Assembly: GCA_963785235.1 (NCBI GenBank)
Contig: CAWAUM010000001.1
Coordinates: 288,001-352,000, forward strand
Source of the DNA: an uncultured delta proteobacterium
GTDB lineage: Bacteria > Desulfobacterota > Desulfomonilia > UBA1062
Length of the DNA stretch: 64,000 bases
Reading direction: 5' to 3'
In this document: in pieces, positions 1 through 10,168 of the stretch
Layout of the letters: every line of letters begins with the position of its first letter
Position numbering within the stretch: position 1 is the first letter of the stretch
The notes under the pieces: model-generated
What the model was told of the DNA's origin: nothing
The model's database searches: none
What the model saw: only the letters and a program-made list of their open reading frames with translations
Program-made: the position numbers and the translations under genes

Positions 1-150
1 CGGCATACTGCACCTTCAGGCTCAATTGATAAATCAGGCAAACCACCCATTTCTCTCTCAAGGTGTATGTATTCGCTAGAAGAGAATATTTCTGACGTGA
101 GCGGATCATTCGAACCTTGAAGCCGGGTTGTGCATCTGAATGTATCCAAT

Positions 151-198
151 GAACTACCCCGTAGCAAGCTGCGGGGAATTAACCCGGATGAGATTAAA
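151..198. mobile_element. Short palindromic element resembling an IS200/IS605-family end (non-autonomous remnant)
   Basis: GAACTACCCCGTAGCAAGCTGCGGGGAATT with hairpin CCCCGTAGC-AA-GCTGCGGGG (157-176) in AT-rich intergenic DNA; no transposase nearby. Confidence 0.4.
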
Positions 199-330
199 AA
201 AACAATTCCATGGTTCATATGAGGTTTATATATAAACCCCCTGAAGTGCATAGAGTATCAATTGCAAAACCTGTGATAAGTATCGAACCCCGCCCGGAGG
301 AAAGAGAAATACCTGAATCCCGTAGTGCAC

Positions 331-377
331 AATAGGGTGTTCACCTGATTCATAAATCCTGAGAGTTTCCGTACTAT
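331..377 (+). promoter_or_regulatory. Putative activator box overlapping the -35 of a sigma70 promoter for the CoA-transferase
   Basis: AATAGGGTGTTCACCTGATTCA (331-352) matches 2541-2562 at 21 of 22 positions; TTCATA-N17-TACTAT. Confidence 0.6.
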
Positions 378-455
378 AAAAAATGAAACCAATCGGGGGA
401 TGGCAATTATAAAGAAATTGAAATCTTTTCAGGTGCGAAGAAAGGAAGGTGCGAA

Positions 456-1826
456 ATGAACGATTTCACAAAAAAGAAGTATCTCCAGAAATTCCGCACA
501 CCGGAGCAGGTGGCGGGTATGGTCAAGTCCGGCGACAGGATATTTTTCGGCGAGTTCGTGCTCAGGCCCGATGCGCTTGACCAGGCGCTGGCAAACCGTG
601 CAAACCAGCTTACGGACGTTATCATCGAGGGCGTGTGCGTAACCAAGGTTCCCAAGTTCATAGAGGCTGACCCGCATCGGGAGCACTTCATCTATAATGA
701 CTGGCATATGTCCGGAGTGGGCAGAAAGCTCTACCAGCAAGGGCTGTGCAATTATGTCCCCTTCACCTACCACCAGGGTCCGCGTGTGGTGAGGAAGTAT
801 AAGGAATACGATTTCGTCTTCGTGTCCGCAAGGCCCATGGACGACCAGGGATACTTCAATTTCGGCCTGTGCAACTCCATCACCTCTGCCGCCATCACCA
901 AGGGTAAAACGGTGGTGGTCGAGGTCAACGAGTCATTGCCCCACTGCCTTGGGGGGAACCAGGAGTCTGTCCACATATCCCGGGTGGACTTTGTCGTGGA
1001 AAGTAAGAATATGCCGCTCCTGGAGATAAAGCCTGCTGTACCCACCGAGACCGATGTCCAGATCGCCCGGCACATCATGAACGAGATAGAAGACGGGGCC
1101 TGCCTCCAGCTGGGCATTGGCGGCCTGCCCAATGTCATTGGTTCCATGCTCGCAGAGTCCGACCTCAAGGACCTTGGCATCCATACGGAGATGCTCGTAG
1201 ACTCCATGGTGGACCTCTACAATGAAGGGAAGGTCACGGGAAACTGCAAGACCATTGACCGTTTCAAGATGGTCTATACCTTTGCCATGGGCACGAACAA
1301 GCTCTATGAATTCCTCCACAACAACCCGGCTTGCGCGTCGTATCCGGTGAACTACACCAATGATCCTAGGATCATCGGTGTTAACAGCAAGGTGGTTGCC
1401 ATCAACAACGCCATTGAGGTGGATCTGTTCGGCCAGGTCTGTTCAGAATCAGTGGGCACCGCCCACATCTCCGGCACGGGCGGGCAGTTTGACTTTATCT
1501 TCGGAGCGTTCAACTCGCGCGGCGGAAAAGGGATCATCGGCATATCGTCCACCTTCAGCGACAAGAACGGCAAGCTCCATTCACGCATTGTTCCCACCTT
1601 GAGGCCGGGCTCCATCGTCACGGTGCCCCGGTCCATCGTGCAGTATGTGGCCACGGAATTCGGCATTATCCAGCTTAAGGGCAAGTCCACCTGGGAGCGC
1701 TCGGAGGCCCTTATCAGCATCGCGCACCCCATGTTTCGCGACGAACTCATCAAGCAGGCCGAGGAAATGAAGATCTGGCTCGACAGGAGAGAGCCCCAAG
1801 CACTTGAGGCGGCAGTCGTTCCTTAG
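456..1826 (+). CDS. Acetyl-CoA hydrolase/transferase family protein (butyryl-CoA:acetate / 4-hydroxybutyrate CoA-transferase-like)
   Basis: Motifs LQLGIGGLP, LGIHTEM (catalytic Glu), SGTGGQFDF, QYVATEFG, IAHPMFR; purine-rich RBS. Confidence 0.9.
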   Translation: MNDFTKKKYLQKFRTPEQVAGMVKSGDRIFFGEFVLRPDALDQALANRANQLTDVIIEGVCVTKVPKFIEADPHREHFIYNDWHMSGVGRKLYQQGLCNYVPFTYHQGPRVVRKYKEYDFVFVSARPMDDQGYFNFGLCNSITSAAITKGKTVVVEVNESLPHCLGGNQESVHISRVDFVVESKNMPLLEIKPAVPTETDVQIARHIMNEIEDGACLQLGIGGLPNVIGSMLAESDLKDLGIHTEMLVDSMVDLYNEGKVTGNCKTIDRFKMVYTFAMGTNKLYEFLHNNPACASYPVNYTNDPRIIGVNSKVVAINNAIEVDLFGQVCSESVGTAHISGTGGQFDFIFGAFNSRGGKGIIGISSTFSDKNGKLHSRIVPTLRPGSIVTVPRSIVQYVATEFGIIQLKGKSTWERSEALISIAHPMFRDELIKQAEEMKIWLDRREPQALEAAVVP

Positions 1827-1845
1827 AGATATCCGGATGGAAAGA

Positions 1846-1909
1846 GAGGAACAGCGCTTAGGGCCACCTGACGGGCATCGCACACTCGATCAAGCAAGCG
1901 CTGTTCCTC
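1846..1909. repeat. 14-bp perfect inverted repeat with 36-nt spacer
   Basis: GAGGAACAGCGCTT (1846-1859) / AAGCGCTGTTCCTC (1896-1909). Confidence 0.75.
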
Positions 1910-1972
1910 CTGTCCATAGAGGGAAGGGACATCTGAGAAAGGCCGGACATACGGGAAAGAGGAGATCCTGAC

Positions 1973-2485
1973 ATGAATGTCTTCACCGCTATCACCCACA
2001 GGAAGAGCGTCAGGTTTTACAAGGATATCATAGTGGAAAGGGAGAAGATCAGAAAGGTGCTGGATGCCGCACGACTCTCTCCCTCAGCGGAGAACCGCCA
2101 GGAATGGAAGTTTATAATTGTCACGGATACCCAAACCAAGGCTAAGCTTGCGGGAGCAACCCTCGGGCAGCCTTTTCTGGCTCAAACACCTGTGATAATA
2201 GTCGCCTGTGCAACAGAGACGGACCACATCATGGCCTGCGGCCATAGCGCTTATACCATGGATGTAGCCATAGCATGCGCCTATATGACACTCCAGGCCA
2301 CGGAACTGGGCCTGGGAACCTGTTTGGTCAGTGCCTTCAGTGAATATGAGGTCAAGTCAATCCTAAAAATCCCCGGGCATTATCGGGTTGTCTCCATGAT
2401 GCCCATGGGATATCCGAATCAACCCAGGTCAATGAAACTGAGGAAGAGCCTGGATGAGATTGTGTGTTTTGAAAGGTATGAATAA
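1973..2485 (+). CDS. Nitroreductase family protein
   Basis: RKSVRFY, SPSAENRQEW, ATELGLGTC motifs; RBS GAGGAG. Confidence 0.9.
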   Translation: MNVFTAITHRKSVRFYKDIIVEREKIRKVLDAARLSPSAENRQEWKFIIVTDTQTKAKLAGATLGQPFLAQTPVIIVACATETDHIMACGHSAYTMDVAIACAYMTLQATELGLGTCLVSAFSEYEVKSILKIPGHYRVVSMMPMGYPNQPRSMKLRKSLDEIVCFERYE

Positions 2486-2540
2486 TGATCTCTGCCGATT
2501 TATGCAACCCTAAGGGGAAATACTTGACTCACATAGACAT

Positions 2541-2587
2541 AATACGGTGTTCACCTGATTCACCTATTCAGGATTTATCTTTATGAT
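2541..2587 (+). promoter_or_regulatory. Second copy of the putative activator box plus sigma70 promoter for thiolase/acyl-CoA dehydrogenase
   Basis: AATACGGTGTTCACCTGATTCA; TTCACC-N17-TATGAT; same spacing as 331-377. Confidence 0.6.
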
Positions 2588-2627
2588 CTCTCATGAGGAT
2601 TGAGAAGACAGATAAAGCCTAAAGGAG

Positions 2628-3890
2628 ATGAAAACAATGAGAGACGTGGTCATCGTTTCAGCTTGTCGTACGGCAATCGGCACCTTCGGGGGAGCGCTCA
2701 AGGACCTGCACGTGGTGAACCTTGCAACCGCAGTGATGAAAGAGGCGGTCAAGAGGGCAGGCATCGATCCCTCCATCATCGATGATGTGCGGTTCGGTAA
2801 CATGTATGAGCACTATACCTCCATGAACCTGGCCAGGGTGGCATCCATCCAGGCCGGGCATCCCATATACGACCAATGCCGTCACCATCAACAGGGTATG
2901 CGTCTCGGGCATGGAGGCCGCCGTCTCGGGAATGGCCATGATCCAGGCAGGCTTGGCAGATGTCATCCTTGCAGGAGGGGCCGAGCATATGTCCGGCGTT
3001 CCCTATGCAGTGCCGGGGGCCCGGTGGGGGTGCCGTCTCCAGAACAACACGCTCGATGACATGCTCATGGAAGGACTTCTGTGCGGATCTAAATTCAACC
3101 CCTGCCCCGCAGACGGACCACTTGCAGGCGGCCAGCCGTTATGACCTCTACAAGGGAAAGCCCTACATCATGGGCCACACTGCTGAATTTGTCGCCCAGA
3201 TGTACGATATCAGCCGCGAGGAGATGGACGAGGTGGCTCTGCGAAGCCACAACAACGTGGAGCGGGCAACAAAAGACGGTGATTTTGCAGAGGAGATCGT
3301 GCCCCTGGAGATCCCCCAGAAGAAGGGCAAGCCGCCCAAGATATTCGACAAGGACGAGCACTTCAGGCCCGGGATAACCATGGAGGCTTTAAGCCAGCTC
3401 CCACCCGCATTCATCCCCAAGGTCGGGAAGGTGACGGCCGGCAATGCATCGGGACTCAACGACGGCGCCAGCGCCATGGTCATCATGGCGGCAGAGCGTG
3501 CGAAAGAACTGGGTCTGAAACCCCTTGCCAGGATCCGGGCCGTGGGCTACGGCGGATGCGATCCCACCATCATGGGCATCAGCCCTGCGCCTGCCATCAC
3601 GGTGCCTCATGAAACGCTCCAAGCTCAAGATCGAAGACTTCGAACTGATCGAGCTGAACGAGGCATTTGCCGCCCAGTACCTGGGGTGCGAAAAAGAGCT
3701 GGGGCTCAACCGGGAGATCTGCAACGTGAACGGCTCGGGCATCGGGCTGGGCCACCCCATCGGCGCCACGGGCAACCGGATCATGGTGACCCTGATCCAT
3801 GCCATGAAGAAGCAGGGCAAGACGCTCGGTCTGGCATCTTTGTGCGGCGGGGGCGGGGTGTCCATGGCCACGGCCATAGAGATGCTCTAA
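2628..3890 (+). CDS. Acetyl-CoA C-acyltransferase (thiolase); three apparent +1 frameshifts (~2857, ~3140, ~3601), probably sequencing errors
   Basis: Joined frames give CRTAIGTFGG, NRVCVSG (catalytic Cys), NEAFAA, GHPIGATG and SLCGGGG in order. Confidence 0.85.
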
Positions 3891-3946
3891 CCAAGATAAA
3901 TGCAGGTATAAAAGAGAAGATAATCCAACATAAGGAGGATATAACA

Positions 3947-5089
3947 ATGGATTTTGAACTCACCGAAGAAATGCGCATGCTCTCCGATATGGCCTACAAG
4001 TTCGCCATGAATGAGATCGCCCCTGTTGCAGAGAAGGCCGACCATGACGAAGTATATATGCCCGATGTCCGCAAGAAGGCGGGCGAGAACGGGCTTATCG
4101 GCTGCTGGATCGATGAGCAGTACGGCGGGGCGGGCGTCGGCTTCCTGGGAAACTCCATCATCACCGAGCAGCTCGCCCGGGCATGCCTGGGCTTCTCCCT
4201 GTCCATCACCGCCGCCACATTCGGTGCCGAGAACGTGCATTACTATGGCACCCACGAGCAGAAGCTGAAATACTTCCCCGAAGTCTGCGCAGGCGACGCC
4301 GTGGTTGCGGGCGCCTACACCGAGCCCAACGCCGGAACCGACGTGGCGGGCTACAAGACGCGCGCGGTGGAAGACGGCGATCACTACGTCATTACCGGCA
4401 ACAAGATGTTCATCACCAACGGAAGCGTATGCGACTGGATGGTGGTGCAGGCCATCACCGACCCTGGCGAAAAGGCGCACAAGAGCTTCAGCCAGTTCAT
4501 CGTTGATGCCGACACCCCCGGCATCAGCAGGACGAAGCTCCACGGCAAGCTCGGCATCCGCACCAGCGACACGGCAGAGATCGCTTTCGACAGCGTGCGC
4601 GTCCCCAAGGAAAACCTCGTGGGCAAAAGGGGCAACGGATTCTATCAGCTCATGCACTTCTTCAACACCACGCGGGTCATGATCGCGGCCCAGGCGCTTG
4701 GCCTGTGCGAGGCATGTCTGGACGAGTCGGTGAAATACTGCAAGGAGAGGAACGTCTTCGGGAAACCGCTGGGAAGCTACCAGATCTCCATGCAGAAGCT
4801 CACCGATATGGCCATCAGGGTAGAGGCATTGAGGGGTATGGTCTACAAGGCCTCCTGGCTGCTGGATATCGGGAAACCGGACCATCACCTCGCGGCCATG
4901 GCCAAGTTCTTCGGCGGCCAGTCCGCAGTGTTCTGCGCCAATGCGGCGGTGGAGATCCACGGCGGCTACGGCTACATGGAAGAGTACAAGGTGTCCAAGT
5001 GGTACCGCGACGCCAAGATCCTCGAACTCTACGAGGGCACGAAAGAGGCCGAGATCATGACGCTGGGCAAGGCGCTCTTGGCCGGATAA
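3947..5089 (+). CDS. Acyl-CoA dehydrogenase
   Basis: True start MDFELTEE after AAGGAGG; TEPNAGTD, GNKMFITNG, EIHGGYGY, ELYEGT; the ORF track joins it artificially to a thiolase fragment. Confidence 0.93.
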   Translation: MDFELTEEMRMLSDMAYKFAMNEIAPVAEKADHDEVYMPDVRKKAGENGLIGCWIDEQYGGAGVGFLGNSIITEQLARACLGFSLSITAATFGAENVHYYGTHEQKLKYFPEVCAGDAVVAGAYTEPNAGTDVAGYKTRAVEDGDHYVITGNKMFITNGSVCDWMVVQAITDPGEKAHKSFSQFIVDADTPGISRTKLHGKLGIRTSDTAEIAFDSVRVPKENLVGKRGNGFYQLMHFFNTTRVMIAAQALGLCEACLDESVKYCKERNVFGKPLGSYQISMQKLTDMAIRVEALRGMVYKASWLLDIGKPDHHLAAMAKFFGGQSAVFCANAAVEIHGGYGYMEEYKVSKWYRDAKILELYEGTKEAEIMTLGKALLAG

Positions 5090-5174
5090 TCAGCAGGAAA
5101 GGCAAGTATCAGCAATACTCTCTATAACTGCCCGGTATAGTGTGACTACAAGTCCGGTATACCAAGCCCCCTGG

Positions 5175-5199
5175 GGGATGAGGCTCTGAGCCTCATCCC
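5175..5199. terminator. GC-rich hairpin between convergent genes (probable terminator)
   Basis: GGGATGAGGCTC-T-GAGCCTCATCCC; no strong U tract. Confidence 0.5.
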
Positions 5200-5208
5200 T
5201 CTATCCCC

Positions 5209-5404
5209 TTAACCCCGGACTTTGCAATCGAATGTAACCAGTAACAAATCTCTAGAAACGATTCAGTCTTTTAAACAGGTCCGATCAAATCATCAATCTT
5301 GCAGCCTTTACGGAATGCTGATCCTCTCGGTCCTTCAAGGCTGCAAGATTGATGATTTGATCGGATCAAGTTTTTACTACTCTTAAACGCGAAATCCGGG
5401 TTAA
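5209..5404. mobile_element. MITE-like element with imperfect terminal inverted repeats, TTAA on both flanks and an internal 29-bp perfect inverted repeat
   Basis: TTAA-CCCCGGACTTTGC ... GCGAAATCCGGG-TTAA; inner arms 5280-5308 and 5337-5365; AT-richer than flanks and non-coding. Confidence 0.55.
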
Positions 5405-5412
5405 CCCCTGAC

Positions 5413-7524
5413 TTACGATACCCTGTCACCCGGGTCAGGCTCTCCGTCAAAGGTGCAGATGTTCCATGTGTCTCCATGTCCGCCTGCCATGATCATGCCC
5501 TCGGACAACCCGAATTTCATCTGGCGCGGTTTGAGGTTGGCCACTACAATCGCTTTCTTGCCGATAAGTCCGGCCGGGTCGGGATATGCGCCCTTTATGC
5601 CGGCAAAGATCTGGCGGAGACGTCCTTCATTCAGGTCGACCATGAGCCTCACCATCTTGTCAGAGCCTTCTACAGGATGCGCCTCCATGATCTTTCCCAC
5701 CCTGAAATCTATTTTTGTAAAGTCATCGATAGTTATTTCGGCTTGCTTGGCAGGTACAGTCTTTTGCGCAGGCTTTACCTTTTTCTCCGGCTGCTTGGCG
5801 TGGCCTGAGGCCTTCTCGATCTTGGCCCAGGAATCCCGCAGGGTAACGGTCCGGTTAAACACCAGGGTTTTATCCTTTGAATCCTTGGAGTCCACACAGA
5901 AATAACCCTGCCGCTCAAACTGGAAGCACATCCCCGGCTTCGCCTTACCAACGGATGGCTCAAGCATACACCCTTTCAGGGGAACCAACGAATCCGGGTT
6001 CAGGAACTCCTTGTAGTCCTTGCCCGTCTTCTCGGCCTCGGATGCGATATTCTCCACCGTGAAGAGCCTGTCGTACAGCCTCACCTCTGCGGTAAGGGCG
6101 TGTCCGGCAGATACCCAGTGGAGCGTACCCTTCACCTTGCGACCGTCCGGTGCATCGCCGCCTTTTGTGGCCGGGTCGTAGGTGCAGCGGAGTTCTTTGA
6201 TGTTGCCTGTCTCGTCCTTCACCACGCCGGTGCAGGTGATAAAGTAGGCCCCCCGGAGCCTCACCTCTCTGCCCGGTGCCAGGCGGAAGAACTTGTCAGG
6301 AGGGTTTTCCATGAAGTCTTCCTGCTCGATATAGAGTGTCCGGGAGAAGGGCACCATGCGGGAGCCCATGGAAGGGTTGTCCGGGTGATAGGGGATCTCG
6401 AATTCCTCGGTTGTATCTTCCGGGTAGTTCTCGATGGTTACCTTGAGCGGCTGCAGCACTGCCATGACCCTGGGGGTTTTAATGTTCAGGTCCTCCCGGA
6501 TGTGGTACTCAAGCAGTGCCATGTCCACCATGGAGTCCTTCTTGGCCACCCCGATCGTCTCGCAGAATTTCCTGATGGCCGAAGGTGTATAGCCGCGGCG
6601 CCTCAAGCCTGCAATGGTAGGCATGCGCGGGTCGTCCCATCCGGTTACGATGCCAAGATTTACAAGCTCTAAAAGCCTGCGCTTGCTCATCATGGTGTAG
6701 CTCAGGTTGAGCCTGGCGAATTCGATCTGCTGGGAACGGTACATATCGATCTTTTCCAGGAACCAGTCGTACAGTACCCGGTGGTCTTCGAACTCAAGGG
6801 TGCAGATGGAGTGGGTTATCTTTTCCAGCGAATCGGAAATGGGGTGCGCGTAGTCATACATGGGGTAGATGCACCAGTCATCGCCGGTGCGGTGGTGGGT
6901 GGAGCGCAGGATCCGGTAGATGATGGGGTCCCGCATATTGAGGTTGGGCGATGCCATATCGATCCTGGCGCGGAGCACCCGGGCCCCGTCCGGAAACTCG
7001 CCCGCCCTCATGCGGCGGAACAGGTCGAGGTTCTCCTCCTTGCTTCGGTTCCGGTAGGGGCTGTCTTTGCCGGGTTCGGTGAGCGTGCCACGGTACTGCC
7101 TGGTCTCCTCGGCACTCAAATCGCACACATAGGCCAGGCCTTTTTTGATGAGCGTTTCGGCCAGCTCGTAGGTCTTCTCGAAGTAGTCGGATGCGTAGTA
7201 CATCCGCTCTTCCCAGTCAAAGCCCAGCCAGCGGACATCTTCCATGATGGAGTCGAGGTATTCCTGGTCTTCCTTGCTTGGGTTGGTGTCGTCGAAGCGC
7301 AGGTTGCAGATGCCCTTGTAATCGGCTGCTATGCCGAAGTTCAGGCAGATGGACTTGGCGTGGCCGATGTGCAGATAGCCGTTCGGTTCAGGGGGGAAGC
7401 GGGTGTTCACCCTGCCGCCATATTTTCCGTTCTTCATGTGCTCGTTGATGATGGTGCGTATGAAATCAATGGATGCCGGTGCACCCGGTTCCTTCGTGCT
7501 GTCATTGTCAGTAGGCTTTGCCAT
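5413..7524 (-). CDS. glnS: Glutamine--tRNA ligase with C-terminal Trbp111/MetRS-C-like tRNA-binding domain
   Basis: [47 protein letters not shown], then [16 protein letters not shown]...[18 protein letters not shown]. Confidence 0.95.
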   Translation of the reverse strand: MAKPTDNDSTKEPGAPASIDFIRTIINEHMKNGKYGGRVNTRFPPEPNGYLHIGHAKSICLNFGIAADYKGICNLRFDDTNPSKEDQEYLDSIMEDVRWLGFDWEERMYYASDYFEKTYELAETLIKKGLAYVCDLSAEETRQYRGTLTEPGKDSPYRNRSKEENLDLFRRMRAGEFPDGARVLRARIDMASPNLNMRDPIIYRILRSTHHRTGDDWCIYPMYDYAHPISDSLEKITHSICTLEFEDHRVLYDWFLEKIDMYRSQQIEFARLNLSYTMMSKRRLLELVNLGIVTGWDDPRMPTIAGLRRRGYTPSAIRKFCETIGVAKKDSMVDMALLEYHIREDLNIKTPRVMAVLQPLKVTIENYPEDTTEEFEIPYHPDNPSMGSRMVPFSRTLYIEQEDFMENPPDKFFRLAPGREVRLRGAYFITCTGVVKDETGNIKELRCTYDPATKGGDAPDGRKVKGTLHWVSAGHALTAEVRLYDRLFTVENIASEAEKTGKDYKEFLNPDSLVPLKGCMLEPSVGKAKPGMCFQFERQGYFCVDSKDSKDKTLVFNRTVTLRDSWAKIEKASGHAKQPEKKVKPAQKTVPAKQAEITIDDFTKIDFRVGKIMEAHPVEGSDKMVRLMVDLNEGRLRQIFAGIKGAYPDPAGLIGKKAIVVANLKPRQMKFGLSEGMIMAGGHGDTWNICTFDGEPDPGDRVS

Positions 7525-7616
7525 GGCTTCATTCCTTCAATACGGATAATAGGGCAGGTATACCACAGGATCGTATTCTTTTAAATCATGTTCACTGGAT
7601 TCGAAGCCTGCGCTTT

Positions 7617-9266
7617 TTATTGAACAGGCCTGATTCCGGAATCACGGCCCAAACCGTCCAGGACAGCCTTGTCACGATTATAGGGATCTTTCTTGAAAGA
7701 GACGATTCCGTCTTTGTCCACCTCTACCGTCATGTAAAGCAGCAGTATGGTAACAGGCCTGGGCAATACCAGTGTCCGGGTCTTTCCTGATTCGCCTGCC
7801 TTCATGATGCTTTCGGAGCTCCACCTGGTTGGATTGTCCAGCAGCAGCTCCGCCAGTTCGAAGGGCTTCTCCAGACGTATGCACCCGGAGCTGAAAGTCC
7901 GGTCCTCGCTGGCGAACAGTTCCTTATGCGGGGTGTCATGCATGTACACGGAATAGGGATTGGGGAAGATGATCTTGATGCGCCCCAGGGCGTTTTTGGC
8001 GCCGGGTTCCTGCCTGAGGGTGTAAGGAAAAGGTCGTACAGGGTATAATGACCAGTTGAGCGTTTTCGGATTTATCCTTGCACCTTTACTGTCAAGAACC
8101 CTGAGGCCCTTCTTGTTGAGGTAGGAGGGGTCCTTCTGTACTGCCGGCAGGATGTCCTTTGTAAGGATAGTCGGCGGCACTACCCACGCGGGATTGAGCT
8201 GCATCTGTGTGATCTTCGATCTGAACACCGGCGTGTCCCGAAAGGGCTGCCCCACCTGGGCCCTGCAGGACCATATGACCTTGTTGTCTTTGTTGAAAGA
8301 TACGCGGAACCCGGCAATGTCAACGAGGACGAATGTTTCGCCCGGGTCACGGAGCACCCACCTGGAGCGCTCGAGGTTCACACGGATCTGGTCGATGCGG
8401 TCCTCCACCGGCACATTTAGGGCTGCAAGTGTCTCTTTCCCCGCCGCGCCGTCTTCTTTCAGGCCGTGTCTGCGCTGAAAACAGATGACTGCCTGCTGGA
8501 GCTCCCCGTCGAAGGTCAGGGGGTCTGAGGCTGGTTCCTGCAGGTTATCGGTGATGGCCAGGCGCCTGCGCAGTGCTGAAACCCTTGGGTCGATCATGCC
8601 TTTATTCAGGGTCGGGCCGGGGGGCACTTCTTCCCATCCGCCGCCGGCCCTGATTGCGCGATATGCCCTAAGCGCTGACTTCAGGCGGGAGTAGGACGGG
8701 TGGATTATCTTCCATTCGTTGATCGTTTGCACAAGGCTCCTGGATGCGATTGCGTGCTCGATGAACACTACCGGGTCCGTATTGTCGATCTTCCGGTCGA
8801 GGTTCCACTGGGGGTGATAGGTCAAGGGGTCTTGCTTGCCGCAGTTTGAGTGGTTGGCCAGGAGGACAAAGGCATCGGTGAGGACGAGGTCCAGCGATGC
8901 CGTGAGCGACGGGTCGGGGGGCTTACCGGTACGGGTCATGGACCACTGCTGCCGGATCTCTTGCCAATGATAATCCTGTGGGTCGAGACCGTCTTCGTAG
9001 GTCTCTTCTATGGCACGAATGAGCTGCTCGACGGAGTTTGCATCCAACCAGATGGGACGGTATCCACGCCGTTTATAAATCTCAGGAATGACGGTGAGAG
9101 AAGAGATCTGGCAGGTGCCCACACTGATTCCGCCGTTGACCTGGGCTCCGCCAAGCTTCTCTTTGATTATTACGGCAACGCTGTCATCGAAGGTCTGGGC
9201 AAGGCAAATTCCAGCAGGCATGAGCATGAAGCCCAGCAGAAAGGTAGTGAGAAATTTTCGTGACAT
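7617..9266 (-). CDS. L,D-transpeptidase, YcbB/LdtD family
   Basis: Signal peptide, scaffold domain, PG-binding domain (FQRRHGLKEDG), YMHDTP...FSSGCIRL. Confidence 0.9.
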   Translation of the reverse strand: MSRKFLTTFLLGFMLMPAGICLAQTFDDSVAVIIKEKLGGAQVNGGISVGTCQISSLTVIPEIYKRRGYRPIWLDANSVEQLIRAIEETYEDGLDPQDYHWQEIRQQWSMTRTGKPPDPSLTASLDLVLTDAFVLLANHSNCGKQDPLTYHPQWNLDRKIDNTDPVVFIEHAIASRSLVQTINEWKIIHPSYSRLKSALRAYRAIRAGGGWEEVPPGPTLNKGMIDPRVSALRRRLAITDNLQEPASDPLTFDGELQQAVICFQRRHGLKEDGAAGKETLAALNVPVEDRIDQIRVNLERSRWVLRDPGETFVLVDIAGFRVSFNKDNKVIWSCRAQVGQPFRDTPVFRSKITQMQLNPAWVVPPTILTKDILPAVQKDPSYLNKKGLRVLDSKGARINPKTLNWSLYPVRPFPYTLRQEPGAKNALGRIKIIFPNPYSVYMHDTPHKELFASEDRTFSSGCIRLEKPFELAELLLDNPTRWSSESIMKAGESGKTRTLVLPRPVTILLLYMTVEVDKDGIVSFKKDPYNRDKAVLDGLGRDSGIRPVQ

Positions 9267-9301
9267 GGTCCCTCATCCCTGCTGAGCACTTCTTGCAGGG
9301 T

Positions 9302-9886
9302 TTACCAGTATCGTATGCGGCCCACATCCACGTGGATGAAGTCGGAGTCCGGATAGTAACCCACTCCCCCGCCCTTCAGGTCAACCGCGCAGCGCCTTAG
9401 TGAGGACAGGCTGTATCCCGGCAGGCGGATATCCGCCGCTTTCCCCAGCATGTGGAGGCTGTGACCGGCTACGCCGTTGCTGTTCTTGTGCATGCGGGCG
9501 TTCGTGGCAGGGGAACGGTAGCCGGAGATTATGTGCAGCTTATCGCGAGACCCGGTGCTGTTGTGAAGGTCATGGAGCAGATCGAGAAGGCCGGTGTCGA
9601 TGGGCAGGATCTCTTCAGTGCGGAAGTCCCTGAGGATATGGTTGATCTCACAGAGTGCATCGGAAACATATTCGCCCTTGATCCAGTATGCTGTCTTGAG
9701 TGTTTCTCCCGTGTGCAGGTTGTAGAGTGCCAATGTCCGTTCAGGCGATTGTGGCGCCTGTATGGCCCCCAGAAGGGTGTGGGGGAACATGCTTGCGCCC
9801 AGCGCCATCGCCCCTGCCTTCAGGAAACCGCGGCGGCAGACTTTGTGTTCCAGAGCCTTGTGCATAATCGACTGATGTTTCTTCAT
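9302..9886 (-). CDS. YcbK/MepK (DUF882) M15 peptidase with Tat signal
   Basis: RRGFLK twin-arginine motif, ISGYRSPATN, SLHMLGKAADI, FIHVDVG; next to ycbB-like gene; start placed at MKKHQ. Confidence 0.88.
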   Translation of the reverse strand: MKKHQSIMHKALEHKVCRRGFLKAGAMALGASMFPHTLLGAIQAPQSPERTLALYNLHTGETLKTAYWIKGEYVSDALCEINHILRDFRTEEILPIDTGLLDLLHDLHNSTGSRDKLHIISGYRSPATNARMHKNSNGVAGHSLHMLGKAADIRLPGYSLSSLRRCAVDLKGGGVGYYPDSDFIHVDVGRIRYW

Positions 9887-10168
9887 TGTTCCTCTTACAG
9901 GGGATAAATACCGAACATGCCCATGTCTTGTCAACCCGATCGGTCCAGTGGGCAGTTCGCTGTCCCTGTGTTTTCTTGGCTGTTCACCATCCCATCGTCA
10001 TAAAACGAAAAGGACTTAAGCCGGCAGGCATGTGGAAAACAATTTCGATCACTATGAGTTTTATGCCTATGGCACTCCTGAAATGTATAGATATAGAGTG
10101 CTTATGGGCACATCCAATTGCAGAATCCGGCTTAAAAAACCGGTATGACTCCTATCTATCTCCGACGT

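Noticed and set aside
1-50. Possible start of a minus-strand gene (MGGLPDLSIEPEGAVC)
   Set aside because: Too short at the window edge to support a call
2960-5089. 709-aa thiolase/acyl-CoA dehydrogenase fusion in the ORF track
   Set aside because: Artefact of a frameshifted thiolase frame running on without a stop; the thiolase has its own stop at 3890 and the dehydrogenase has its own RBS and ATG at 3947
5280-5365. Possible mini-CRISPR (29-bp units with 28-nt spacer)
   Set aside because: The units are inverted rather than direct, there are only two, and no cas genes are present
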